From positions 5,056,001 to 5,120,000 of the forward strand of contig OZ240241.1 in assembly GCA_965198115.1 (NCBI GenBank): DNA of 64,000 bases. Reading direction: 5' to 3'. The stretch comes from Candidatus Latescibacterota bacterium. GTDB lineage: Bacteria; Latescibacterota; UBA2968. Positions 1-8,737 of this stretch are shown piece after piece. The translations under genes and the position numbers were made by a program. Below the pieces are notes generated by a model, which saw only the letters and a list, made by a program, of their open reading frames with translations, was not told where the DNA came from and did not search any database. Position 1 is the first letter of the stretch. Each line of letters begins with the position of its first letter.

Positions 1-69
1 GATGAGGAGGTCGTCAACAAACAGCTGGCGGGTAGACTGAATGGCGATGGGTTCACCGGGTGTGGGCAT
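1..69 (-). CDS. 5' end of a hypothetical protein running off the window (MPTPGEPIAIQSTRQLFVDDLLI...)
   Basis: Manual translation from the ATG at 69. The RQLFVDD N-terminal motif resembles putative beta-propeller hydrolases. Confidence 0.5.
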   Translation of the reverse strand, partial: MPTPGEPIAIQSTRQLFVDDLLI

Positions 70-250
70 GTAAAGCCGTTCCTTTAGTGATCAGAAAAGG
101 GGCTATCCGCTGAGAGCGGAAGAGTGCCCAAGTGTATAAGGGAAAGAACTTCATAGTGGAAAGGCCCCTGGCGGAGGTCAGCCGATAAAACAGTCAGCCC
201 GCCACTCCCGAATCGCGTTAGCAGTTAACCTATCCTTGGCGCAGCTAAGG

Positions 251-1075
251 TCAGCTTCTCGGAAAAGAGTCGGCACGATTCCAGAGGTACGGGGCCTCGA
301 GGATGCGCCGTTCTTCGGAGGTCCAATCATCTTCAGCGCTGTGTGAGGGTCGAGGGTAACCGCCATCGGGTTCCTCGAGTTTGTCTTCCCGATAGCGCCC
401 CACGAACGCCATGTGACCCGGGGTGTAGCGGTAAAAGAGCGCACGACGCTCATGATCTGCCGCCCACGGCAGCGTACCGTGCGTGAGTGCTTCGGTGAAA
501 ATAACCGCCGAACCCGCTTTCTGTGGCACGTGCTGAAGCCATGGCCCCATTTTCTCAAGGGAAACGAAACTCGACGGGCAGGCGAAATTGCTCTTGTGGC
601 TACCCGGCAACACGCAGAGACCCCCGTCCGTCTCGCCGACATCGCACAACGCGTACTCGACGACCAGGAGTTCGGAGTGAATCTGTCCGTCGGCGACCTC
701 ATAGCGGATCCCGGGTTGCCACGGAACCGCACCACCGTGCAGCTCAAAAGGCCCTCCGCCTTTTTTCATGAGCATTGCGTGACCGTGGTCGTAACGGAGC
801 TGGTTACCAAGAAGGTCGGCGAGATACGGGACGATGCGAGGGTGGCCGACCAGTTGCCGAAATGGCTTGGCAAAACGGTGTAGAGGCCCGGCCGACATCT
901 GGCGGTCGCCGTTCTTCCAAAAGTCGAAGAAACGATCCTGCTCTGCGGGTTCGTCCCAGAGGTCGTACTCATCGAGCATGTGATTGAGGTCGCTCAACTC
1001 GTCGGGCTTGAGCACATCGTCGATCACAACGTAGCCCTGTAGATCGAAGAGATAGCGCTCTTCATCGGTCATCAT
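251..1075 (-). CDS. Phytanoyl-CoA dioxygenase (PhyH) family Fe/2OG enzyme, HGG variant
   Basis: FDLQGYVV N-terminus, GGLCVLPGSHKS, distal His in ALTHGT, distal Arg in ERR. LHGG replaces HxD. Confidence 0.85.
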   Translation of the reverse strand: MMTDEERYLFDLQGYVVIDDVLKPDELSDLNHMLDEYDLWDEPAEQDRFFDFWKNGDRQMSAGPLHRFAKPFRQLVGHPRIVPYLADLLGNQLRYDHGHAMLMKKGGGPFELHGGAVPWQPGIRYEVADGQIHSELLVVEYALCDVGETDGGLCVLPGSHKSNFACPSSFVSLEKMGPWLQHVPQKAGSAVIFTEALTHGTLPWAADHERRALFYRYTPGHMAFVGRYREDKLEEPDGGYPRPSHSAEDDWTSEERRILEAPYLWNRADSFPRS

Positions 1076-1144
1076 AGAGAAGTCTCTCCTTGTCTATGTC
1101 GTAGTCTGAACCGCTGCGGATAGGAAGAATAAGGGAGTGCCTTA

Positions 1145-2406
1145 GTACTCCTGTTCTCAAATACGGTGACGTATTCTAAGCAGACTTTGCCAAGGGCGTA
1201 TCGTAGAACCTGAGTTTGTCGATCATCTCCGCGAGATCTGTTCGTGTGAACTTCCATTTGAAGGGTGTGGCGATACGTCCGTAGCGTTCCTGAAAACCGA
1301 GGATTCTTGCCTCAAGCTCTTCGAGCGATGCAAATTCGATAGGTGTCAGAGCCTTGCGTTTGAGGATCGAGAAGTAGATCTCGATCTGATTGAGCCAGCT
1401 TGCGTGGATCGGAAGGTGAACGGGGTGGATGTTTGGCCACTTCCCCTGGATACGGTCGATGCATGTTTGCCCTCGGTGCGAGGAGCCATTATCCACGATG
1501 AGGTAGACTTTCTTTGCCGAGCAATAGGGTTTCCGGCTCATGATCAGGCTCAGGAGCCGGTTGAAGGGCTCGATACCCGAAGAAGACTCACAGAGACCGA
1601 AGATTCGACCATTGTGCACGTCGAGAGCAGCCAGATAGGCCAGGGCTCCTTTCCGCTCGTATTCGTGTTTCAACGCGTGCCGCTCTGTTCGAGGCTGGCG
1701 GTAGGGTAACGTGCTTGCGAGCTCGTGCTTGAATACTGGTCTTTTCGTCGGCAGAAAGTACATATTCCCTCGGCCCTAAAGGCTTTCCTTGCCATTGGCG
1801 GTGATACAGATCAAGGACTCTACCTGCTTTGGTTTGGAAGTCCGGGTCCCGTGGGAAAATCCAGGAGCGATGATACCAAGGACGAATCGCGTCCTCGTTC
1901 AACCAGCGCCAGACAGTGGCGCCGCTGATCTTGGCAACGAAGCCCCTTTGCACTGCCTCGGCGGCAATCTCGGAACAGCTGAACCGCGAGAGCGGTATCC
2001 CGCTCTCGCTCGGTAGTTCACACGCCAGCGCCTTGATCTGAACGACCACCTGAGGGGGGAAAACCGGGCGGGCGCCCGGGACGAGATCTATCTTCGAGTC
2101 CCGAAAGACGCTCTTCGAAAAAGCGCTTACGCCATTTGCTTACGATCGGACGCGGGACATCCAACCGTTGGGCGATAATCTTGTTGGATAATCCCTCGGC
2201 GGCGAGAAGCACGATTTTCGATCGGATCACTTGATAATACGGTAACGTATATTGTCCAGCCATTCGCTCGAGGTCGACCCGTTCCTTCTCAGACAGTAGC
2301 ACCACATAAGGCGAACGTCTTGGCATTGTTCTCCTCCTTTTGAAGGAGAACATAAGCTACAAATAATGTTCAGGACATACGTAATAATATTTATTATACC
2401 ATGCAC
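1145..2406 (-). mobile_element. IS630-family element, copy 1 (1262 bp)
   Basis: Near-identical to 46854-48115. TA on both sides (empty site CTTAAG). Imperfect IRs GTGCATGG...AAATA / GTACTCCTG...AAATA. Confidence 0.93.
1176..2326 (-). CDS. IS630 transposase split over three frames
   Basis: HTH ORF (2018-2326), SADEKTSIQ, IVDNGSSH and SWLNQIEIYF DDE motifs. Slippery TTTTCCCCCC near 2055-2064 and a second shift at 1668-1670. Confidence 0.88.
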
Positions 2407-2477
2407 TAAGTCTACGTACCATCGGGAACGGACAGGCCGCGCGACAGCATCCAGTGAGTTCGGCTTGACAGAAAGGA

Positions 2478-2512
2478 AAGAGCCCCGAGTGCGAAATCGC
2501 ACCCGGGGCTCT
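2478..2512 (-). terminator. Rho-independent terminator of the PFOR operon
   Basis: Hairpin AAGAGCCCCGGGTGCG...CGCACTCGGGGCTCTT followed by a T-rich tract on the minus strand. Confidence 0.75.
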
Positions 2513-2534
2513 TCGAGGTACTGGACCACTCTTG

Positions 2535-4103
2535 CTAGATAATTCCAGCCATCTCCTGCAAGGTCCGCCAGTTCTGAAGCCGATCATCCTGCGCGGCGAG
2601 GAGCGTTTCGCTCGGGTTGCCGTCCGCGTCGAAGTGCTTGGAGAAGCGACCTTCGGTGCGGGCGAAAGCGACGAAGTCGACGAGCTCGTTCGTCTTCCGA
2701 ACCTTGTACCAGTCGTCGTTGACGGCCGGGTTGCCTCTGAGCGAGAGGCGCTCTTTGATGCGCTCGCCTTCGCGCGGGTCGTAGATGAAGATCGGGAAAG
2801 CGCGCGATTCCATCGCCAGCTTGGCCTGGTGGCCGGCCATGTGGTCGGCCACGCCGTGCTCGGGCTGGCAGGTGGTGAAGACGTTGATGACGGCCGGGCC
2901 GGGGTACTCGTTGGCGGCCATGATGGCTTTGTAGAAGTGGTTGGGCAGCGTGCAGATGGTCTGCGCGACGAACACGTCGGGGTGCATCATACAGATGTTC
3001 CCCAACTCTTTCCGACGCTCCGTCTTGCCTGGGATCGCCGAGCCGTGGACGGACATCTTCGTGTTCTGGCCCATGTAAGATGAAGTCGAGGCCTGTCCGC
3101 CCGTGTTCGAGTAGACCTGGGTGTCGAGGACGAGGACGTTGATGTCCATGCCGGACATGAGCATGCGTGAGAGCGCCTGGAAGCCGATGTCGAGCATGGC
3201 GCCGTCGCCGCCGAGAACCCACAGCTTCTTGTCTTCCCATCCCATCTGATCCCAGCGGGCGCGGACGCCCATGGCGTCGGTCGGGCCGTTCTCGAACAGC
3301 GAGTTGGTCCAGGGGATCGTGTAGGGGTTGTAGGGGTACGTGGAGGTGTAGACGGTGTTGCAGCCGGTCGAGGCGACCATGCCGATGCTGTCATCCCCGT
3401 AGGTGAAGCCGGTGGCGGCGAGCATCATGCGGATGGCGGTCGCTTCTCCGCATCCCATGCAGGAACCGGCGCCGCCCACGTAGAGGAGCGAGCGGTCGGT
3501 GAGCATCATGTCCTGCACGGACTTTTCGATGAGATATTCTTTCGGCGATTCGGGCAGGTCGTTGTAGAACTGCCACGCGTTGCGGAACTCTTCGAGGTTC
3601 TCTTCGGTCTTGTCGATCATCTTGAGGGCGTCTTTGTCGGCGCAGACTTCGACACACTCGGCGCAGCCTTTGCACTTCGTGGGATCGATAAAGATGCCGA
3701 AGTAGGCGCCTTCCTTGCCCTTTTTCTCGAAGTTCTTGTGATACTTGGTCGTTTCGACGAACTGGTTGCGGAGGAACTCACGCGTGTCGGGATCCTGAGT
3801 TTTGGCGAGGGTTTCCTCGAGCTGATCCTTTGTGGCGATCTTGCCGAGGATGGCCGTGTCGGGGCATTCGGTCACGCAGTCCATGCACCCGACACAATTC
3901 TCCACTATGAACTCTGGGATTTCGGGCGCGATGTAGCTGAAGTCGCGGAGGGCGCCACTGCCCGGGGCCATCAGACTTCGGGCGACGGTGACGTCGGCGG
4001 GCAGCCCCTTTTCGGCCGATCCGGTGTTGTAGGCCCGCACGATGCGTTCGTTGAAGTCTTCGATGTCGATCAGTTCGTCGAGGTTGGGTGAAGTCGTTGC
4101 CAT
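2535..4103 (-). CDS. Pyruvate/2-oxoacid:ferredoxin oxidoreductase, ferredoxin + TPP-binding (delta-beta) subunit
   Basis: Two CxxCxxCxxxC clusters, GSCMGCGE, GGDGAMLDIG and DTQVYSNTGGQ TPP motifs. GGAG RBS before the ATG at 4103. Confidence 0.92.
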   Translation of the reverse strand: MATTSPNLDELIDIEDFNERIVRAYNTGSAEKGLPADVTVARSLMAPGSGALRDFSYIAPEIPEFIVENCVGCMDCVTECPDTAILGKIATKDQLEETLAKTQDPDTREFLRNQFVETTKYHKNFEKKGKEGAYFGIFIDPTKCKGCAECVEVCADKDALKMIDKTEENLEEFRNAWQFYNDLPESPKEYLIEKSVQDMMLTDRSLLYVGGAGSCMGCGEATAIRMMLAATGFTYGDDSIGMVASTGCNTVYTSTYPYNPYTIPWTNSLFENGPTDAMGVRARWDQMGWEDKKLWVLGGDGAMLDIGFQALSRMLMSGMDINVLVLDTQVYSNTGGQASTSSYMGQNTKMSVHGSAIPGKTERRKELGNICMMHPDVFVAQTICTLPNHFYKAIMAANEYPGPAVINVFTTCQPEHGVADHMAGHQAKLAMESRAFPIFIYDPREGERIKERLSLRGNPAVNDDWYKVRKTNELVDFVAFARTEGRFSKHFDADGNPSETLLAAQDDRLQNWRTLQEMAGII

Positions 4104-4127
4104 TGATTTCTCCAAAAAAGGGGTGGA

Positions 4128-6146
4128 TCAGCAGCCGAGGGAGATCATGCCGGCCGGGAGCTCGTCTGTCTCCTGGTCGATCGTGCTTTCGACCAGGTCG
4201 CGGGGGACCTCGAAGACTTCATCGTAGCCGCGACGGATCGCCCTGAGGTTCGACTCGACGACGTCTTCGCCCTTGCTGCCCCAGTACTTGCGGACGGCCT
4301 CTTCGACTTTCACGAACAGCTCCTCGTCACTCAGCTCCAGGTCTTGCTGGAAGGGGGTGTGACGGAGGAAGATGCCGAGGAGGACGATGCCCTGGAAGCG
4401 CTGCTCGAGGTCGGGCGTCGGGGCCTCTTCGCGGGCGATGCGGACGGCGTTGAGGGCGAGAACCTTGATGTCGCGGGTCCGCACCATCTTCTTCGCCCAA
4501 TTGGGGACGCGCGTCCACACTTCTTCGGCGTTCGGCTGGTTGCTCTGGACGAAGACCATCCCGCCGTCGACCATGCCGGCCAGAGGGTTGGACGTGTTGA
4601 AGGCGTTGATGTCGTTGACGGGCACGAAGTGCACGCGTTCCAACTCGGAGTGCGTGCGGATCGGCTCGTTCGCCGCCGTCAGGTAGTAAGTCGTGGGTAG
4701 GCCCTTCTTTTCCGACCCGTACTTGGGATAGGCCTGCACGTCGAGCCCAAGGTTGGCCAGGAGTGTGGCGATGACCTTGTTCGTCGTGACGGAGCCGTAG
4801 CCGCCGATGGAGTGGCCGCGCATGGCGTATTCGCCGGCGGGCCGAACGTCGGGGTCCTCTTCCCGCTCTAGCGCCGTTTCGTGGTCGATGCCGAGGGAGT
4901 AGAAGGCACGGGACGTGCCGTTGGCCATCATGTTTCGGACGGTGGCGATGAAGTCGCCGGATCGCACGTCGCGGCTACCGAGGCCGGCGACCCCGGACTG
5001 AATGATCGGAATCCGGTCGATCGTCGGGTAGCCCTCGATGCCGACCATGGCGTCGGCATAGGCAGCCTTGAGCTCGGCCGTGAGCGGGTTCGATTGGGCA
5101 AGCGGGTTGTCCATCCGCTCGATCACGGAGATGGCCTTCGCGTGCTTCGTGGCTTCGATCAGCTGCTTGGCCGGGAACGGGCGGAACGAGGTGACGTGGA
5201 GGGCGCCGACCCGGAGACCTTCGTTGTCGCGGAGATGGTCGACGGCGACGAGAGCCGTTTCGAGCATGCTGCCCATGCCGACGAGGATGAAGTCGGCATC
5301 CTCGGTCCGATAGCAGTCGATCTGACCGTACTTACGGCCCGTGAGGTCGTAGAATTCGTCGAAGGCGGTGTCGAGGATGTCGGGAAGGACGTCGTAGAAG
5401 TAGCGCTGCGCGATCTTCCCCTTCATGTAGCTGTCCTGGTTCTGGACGACGCCACTCATGATGGAGGTCTCCGGGTCCATGAGGTTCCGGATCTTGTCCT
5501 CCGGCTTCCCGACGTAGTCCTTCATCATGTCGGGTTCGATGGCGAAGACGTTCTGGACCGTGTGCGTCGTGAGGAACCCGTCCTGAACGTTCATGAACGG
5601 GGTTTGCGAGTCCTCGGCAGCACGGCGGCAGATAAGGGATAGGTCCATCGCTTCCTGCGTGTTCCGAGCGAAGAGCATGCCCCATCCGCAGTCGGCGACG
5701 GCCATGACGTCGTCGTGGCCGGCGTGCACGTTGAGCGACTGGGAGGTGAGGGCACGAGCGCCGATGTGGAAGACGGTGGGCAGGCGCTTTCCGGAGATCG
5801 TGTAGAGCACCTCCTTCATGAGCACGAGGCCCTGACCCGATGTGAAGTTCGTAACCCGGCCACCCGCGACAGCGAATCCCTCCGAAGCGGAGGCCGAGCT
5901 GTGCTCGGACTCAGGCTCGAGGAAAATCAGGGTGTCCCCCCAGAGGTTCTTCTGTCCGTTGGCTACAAACGCCGCGTATTTTTCACCCAGAATGGAAGAT
6001 GAAGTGATGGGGAAAGAGCAGGCTGCCTGGCTGATGTTCTTCTCGACCCAGATGACGGCATCGCCGCCATCTCCTACATTGGGAATCCCTGGGTAAGGAA
6101 ATGCAGCCGGGGCCTCGGTAATGGTCGCTTGGGCAGTCTCGGCCAT
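4128..6146 (-). CDS. Pyruvate/2-oxoacid:ferredoxin oxidoreductase, alpha-gamma subunit
   Basis: FPITSS, ESEHS, FTSGQGLVLM, QDGFLTTH, SFRPFP; gamma domain GGYGSVTTNK / YGSEKKG. Confidence 0.92.
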   Translation of the reverse strand: MAETAQATITEAPAAFPYPGIPNVGDGGDAVIWVEKNISQAACSFPITSSSILGEKYAAFVANGQKNLWGDTLIFLEPESEHSSASASEGFAVAGGRVTNFTSGQGLVLMKEVLYTISGKRLPTVFHIGARALTSQSLNVHAGHDDVMAVADCGWGMLFARNTQEAMDLSLICRRAAEDSQTPFMNVQDGFLTTHTVQNVFAIEPDMMKDYVGKPEDKIRNLMDPETSIMSGVVQNQDSYMKGKIAQRYFYDVLPDILDTAFDEFYDLTGRKYGQIDCYRTEDADFILVGMGSMLETALVAVDHLRDNEGLRVGALHVTSFRPFPAKQLIEATKHAKAISVIERMDNPLAQSNPLTAELKAAYADAMVGIEGYPTIDRIPIIQSGVAGLGSRDVRSGDFIATVRNMMANGTSRAFYSLGIDHETALEREEDPDVRPAGEYAMRGHSIGGYGSVTTNKVIATLLANLGLDVQAYPKYGSEKKGLPTTYYLTAANEPIRTHSELERVHFVPVNDINAFNTSNPLAGMVDGGMVFVQSNQPNAEEVWTRVPNWAKKMVRTRDIKVLALNAVRIAREEAPTPDLEQRFQGIVLLGIFLRHTPFQQDLELSDEELFVKVEEAVRKYWGSKGEDVVESNLRAIRRGYDEVFEVPRDLVESTIDQETDELPAGMISLGC

Positions 6147-6447
6147 ACGAATCCTTCTCCCGCGGTTATGAGTCACTCCGTTGGATCACGGAAAATTGTT
6201 AAGAACAGCTTATACGAAAAACTTCATTTAGCTCACTAAAGGTAGGGGCATCTGGAGGTGATAGCAAGGGCAATCCTATCATTTTTATCCGTGACAAAAC
6301 GTCTGTAACATCAGAAGATCCTCGAATAAAGGGGGTTTCGGGGCTGCCCCTGGCGATCGAATTTGGCAAAAAAGTGTAGTCATCCGTCCGTCAAGGTGTA
6401 GGACAACGGGTCTTTCGACGCTGAGGTATCGGTCCTATATTCTCGGC

Positions 6448-6756
6448 ATGTCAGAAAACACTCACACCGCATCGGACGTGCAGGAAGCCCTCCGGCTGTT
6501 CAAGGTGGAACGCTACGAACTCAAGGCTTTGAGGCGAATTCGCGTGGGTGCGAGCCACGTCGTCGCTTTCGACATCAATGGCGATGCGCTCAGAATCGAC
6601 GGAATCGGCGCCCAACACCCCGAGATTAAAGACCTTCTGAAAGTGGCGGGCGCCTCCTTCGACCCCGCGACCGTTCACGAGATTCCCGATGAAGGGGAAG
6701 AGCGGGAGTACCAGATCGTGCGGGCAGACCCTTGGGGACACGACCGGGTCCTGTAA
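6448..6756 (+). CDS. Hypothetical protein (102 aa), divergent from PFOR
   Basis: ORF with host-like codon usage and no recognised motif. Confidence 0.6.
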   Translation: MSENTHTASDVQEALRLFKVERYELKALRRIRVGASHVVAFDINGDALRIDGIGAQHPEIKDLLKVAGASFDPATVHEIPDEGEEREYQIVRADPWGHDRVL

Positions 6757-6862
6757 CGTGACGGTTTAGGTCGTGAGTCCTGCTTTCGAGGATCGGCTCG
6801 GGAAATGCTTGAATGGTGGGTGGGGGTGACGACCCGGGAACAGTGTCCTCCTCAAGTGCCGG

Positions 6863-7873
6863 TCAAGCGGAAAGGTTCTCCAGCTGACCCGGTGGCGTCC
6901 AGGCTTTTACGGTGTTCTCGAGTTCGCCGATTCCGGAGAAAGTCATCTTAACGACGTCGCCGTCAACGAGACCGTCGGCCAGATCGCTGTCGGAGAAAAC
7001 GATGGGTGTTCCCCAGTAGAGCACCTGTAACTCGTCGGGTTCGAGGGGCACCCGTTCGAATAGGGAACGCTCGAGATGGAAAAGACCGTCGGGCATGTTG
7101 AGGTTGGAACTGCCCGTATGGCCTGATTTGCCCGCGACTTTCGCCCCTGCCCGAATGACGTCGCAGAAGACGGAAACGTCGCTGGGGTCGAAGGCGTCGT
7201 CGGTGACGAGAACCGGTCCGAGGCTCGCGCATCCACCCGACCAGTTCTTGGCCTGCGGTAGGTTCAGCGGATTGGCCGCTTCGATTCCGTTGTCGGTGTA
7301 GTCGTTCCCCCCGGTGAATCCCAATCGCTCGATCTGACCGTCGGCGCGCAGAGCGTAAACGCTGGCCAGCTCGGTTTCGGGCACGAGACGGATGGTGGTG
7401 TTCGGACGAGACACGGTCTGCCCGTGGGCGACGCAACTGTCCGGGTCGGTCTTCGCGAACAGTTCTGGAATACCGCCTTTAGCGCACTCGCGATATTTCT
7501 GGTCGTAAACGTTGATCGCCTGGCCCGTATGCTGTTGGGCCTCGAGCTCGCGCAGCTTGGCACTGTCTTCGTGCGTCACACCGGCGAGCCATATGCGGAG
7601 CAGATGCTTTTGTCCGGATGGGGCCGTGACGCTCGGGCGCAGATGACGGTTCCCGTCCTTTCCATCGAGCAGGTTGCCGAGCGAGAGGGAAGCTCCCGCG
7701 TCGGCAAGATCGATCGCAGCCGCGAGAAAGCCGCGGTCAGATCCACCGAATCGGTAGTAGATGTCGTGAATCGAAGTCGGACCGAGGGGACCGGCTGTCA
7801 GGTCGATCAGGGTGTCGCCGTCGACGATTCCCACACGATCCGATCCGCTTTCTCGATACTGAACGATTCTCAC
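6863..7873 (-). CDS. Fumarylacetoacetate hydrolase family protein (KdxD/XylX-like dehydratase)
   Basis: WLAGVTH, PELFAK, VPETEL, GNDYT, IEAANPLNLPQAK, LGP. Confidence 0.8.
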   Translation of the reverse strand: MRIVQYRESGSDRVGIVDGDTLIDLTAGPLGPTSIHDIYYRFGGSDRGFLAAAIDLADAGASLSLGNLLDGKDGNRHLRPSVTAPSGQKHLLRIWLAGVTHEDSAKLRELEAQQHTGQAINVYDQKYRECAKGGIPELFAKTDPDSCVAHGQTVSRPNTTIRLVPETELASVYALRADGQIERLGFTGGNDYTDNGIEAANPLNLPQAKNWSGGCASLGPVLVTDDAFDPSDVSVFCDVIRAGAKVAGKSGHTGSSNLNMPDGLFHLERSLFERVPLEPDELQVLYWGTPIVFSDSDLADGLVDGDVVKMTFSGIGELENTVKAWTPPGQLENLSA

Positions 7874-8021
7874 CGATCACCTCCCGAACTCGATGGCGTG
7901 CCGACCCTTGCGAGCGGTTACTATACCCGGTGCCACGATGCACGTAAAGGGAAAGGGACACGGCACGAGCCGGTGTTGGCTCGAGCGATCGGTGCGGAGA
8001 ATTCGTGAACGAGGGTAGAAC

Positions 8022-8552
8022 GTGCTGATGCGTGAAGAAGTGCCCGGTCTTGGGCGACGAGCCGGTTCGGTGCTGATCGATCTGGTGATGCTGGAACTGG
8101 CGATGATTCCAATCGCACTGGCTCTGAGGGAAGTGACGCCATCGCCGACGCTGCTCAGGGTCATCGAGTTCGGGATAGCGGTCGTCTATTCCACGGTCTT
8201 TTTAGGCGGGCGCGGGCAGACGCCGGGGAAGACGATGACTTCATTGCGTGTGATGAGTCTGGATGGGACGGGATTGAACCAGCGCCAGGCACTGGTCCGG
8301 TCCGTACTCAAGTGGTCACCGATCTTCGTGCCGTTGATACTGGTGACGCTGCTGCTCCCCGTTCCGACGACGCTGCAAGACGCCTCGATGGCTTCCCCGA
8401 TGCCTCTGCCCGATCCCCATCCACTGCTTGCCACGATTCCGCTCATTGCTCTCGGTGTGCTCCTGCTGCTCGCCCGGGCAACGCGGCGCGACCCCGACGG
8501 TCGGGCGCCACACGATCGCGTTGCGGATACGACCGTGATGAAGGTGCAGTAG
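8022..8552 (+). CDS. RDD family membrane protein
   Basis: RRAG..LID, GQTPGK...LRV, HDRVADT. Confidence 0.85.
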   Translation: MLMREEVPGLGRRAGSVLIDLVMLELAMIPIALALREVTPSPTLLRVIEFGIAVVYSTVFLGGRGQTPGKTMTSLRVMSLDGTGLNQRQALVRSVLKWSPIFVPLILVTLLLPVPTTLQDASMASPMPLPDPHPLLATIPLIALGVLLLLARATRRDPDGRAPHDRVADTTVMKVQ

Positions 8553-8585
8553 CGAGTATTAAGTTTAGCTTTTCTAGATACATAT

Positions 8586-8708
8586 GGACGTCCCTGTGCA
8601 CAGCCCTTCGACTACGCTCAGGACAGGCTCCGGGACGAGCGTTACGCTTGTTTTTTATAAAAATGTAAAGCGCTGCGCTCGTCCTCGTGCTCTGCACGAG
8701 GACACTAC
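8586..8708. repeat. REPIN-like inverted REP pair with a nested GCCCTTCGACTACGCTCAGGACAGGC repeat
   Basis: Minus-strand GTAG-TGTCCTCGTGCAGAGCACGAGGACGAGCG at 8676-8708. Degenerate inverted partner at 8590-8641 with an insert at 8603-8628. Confidence 0.7.
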
Positions 8709-8737
8709 GAAAGCGTCTAGTTGCCGCCCCTACCCAC

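Noticed and set aside
6195-6310. Rex/FNR-like operator upstream of PFOR
   Set aside because: Only partial palindromes; the match is too weak to call.
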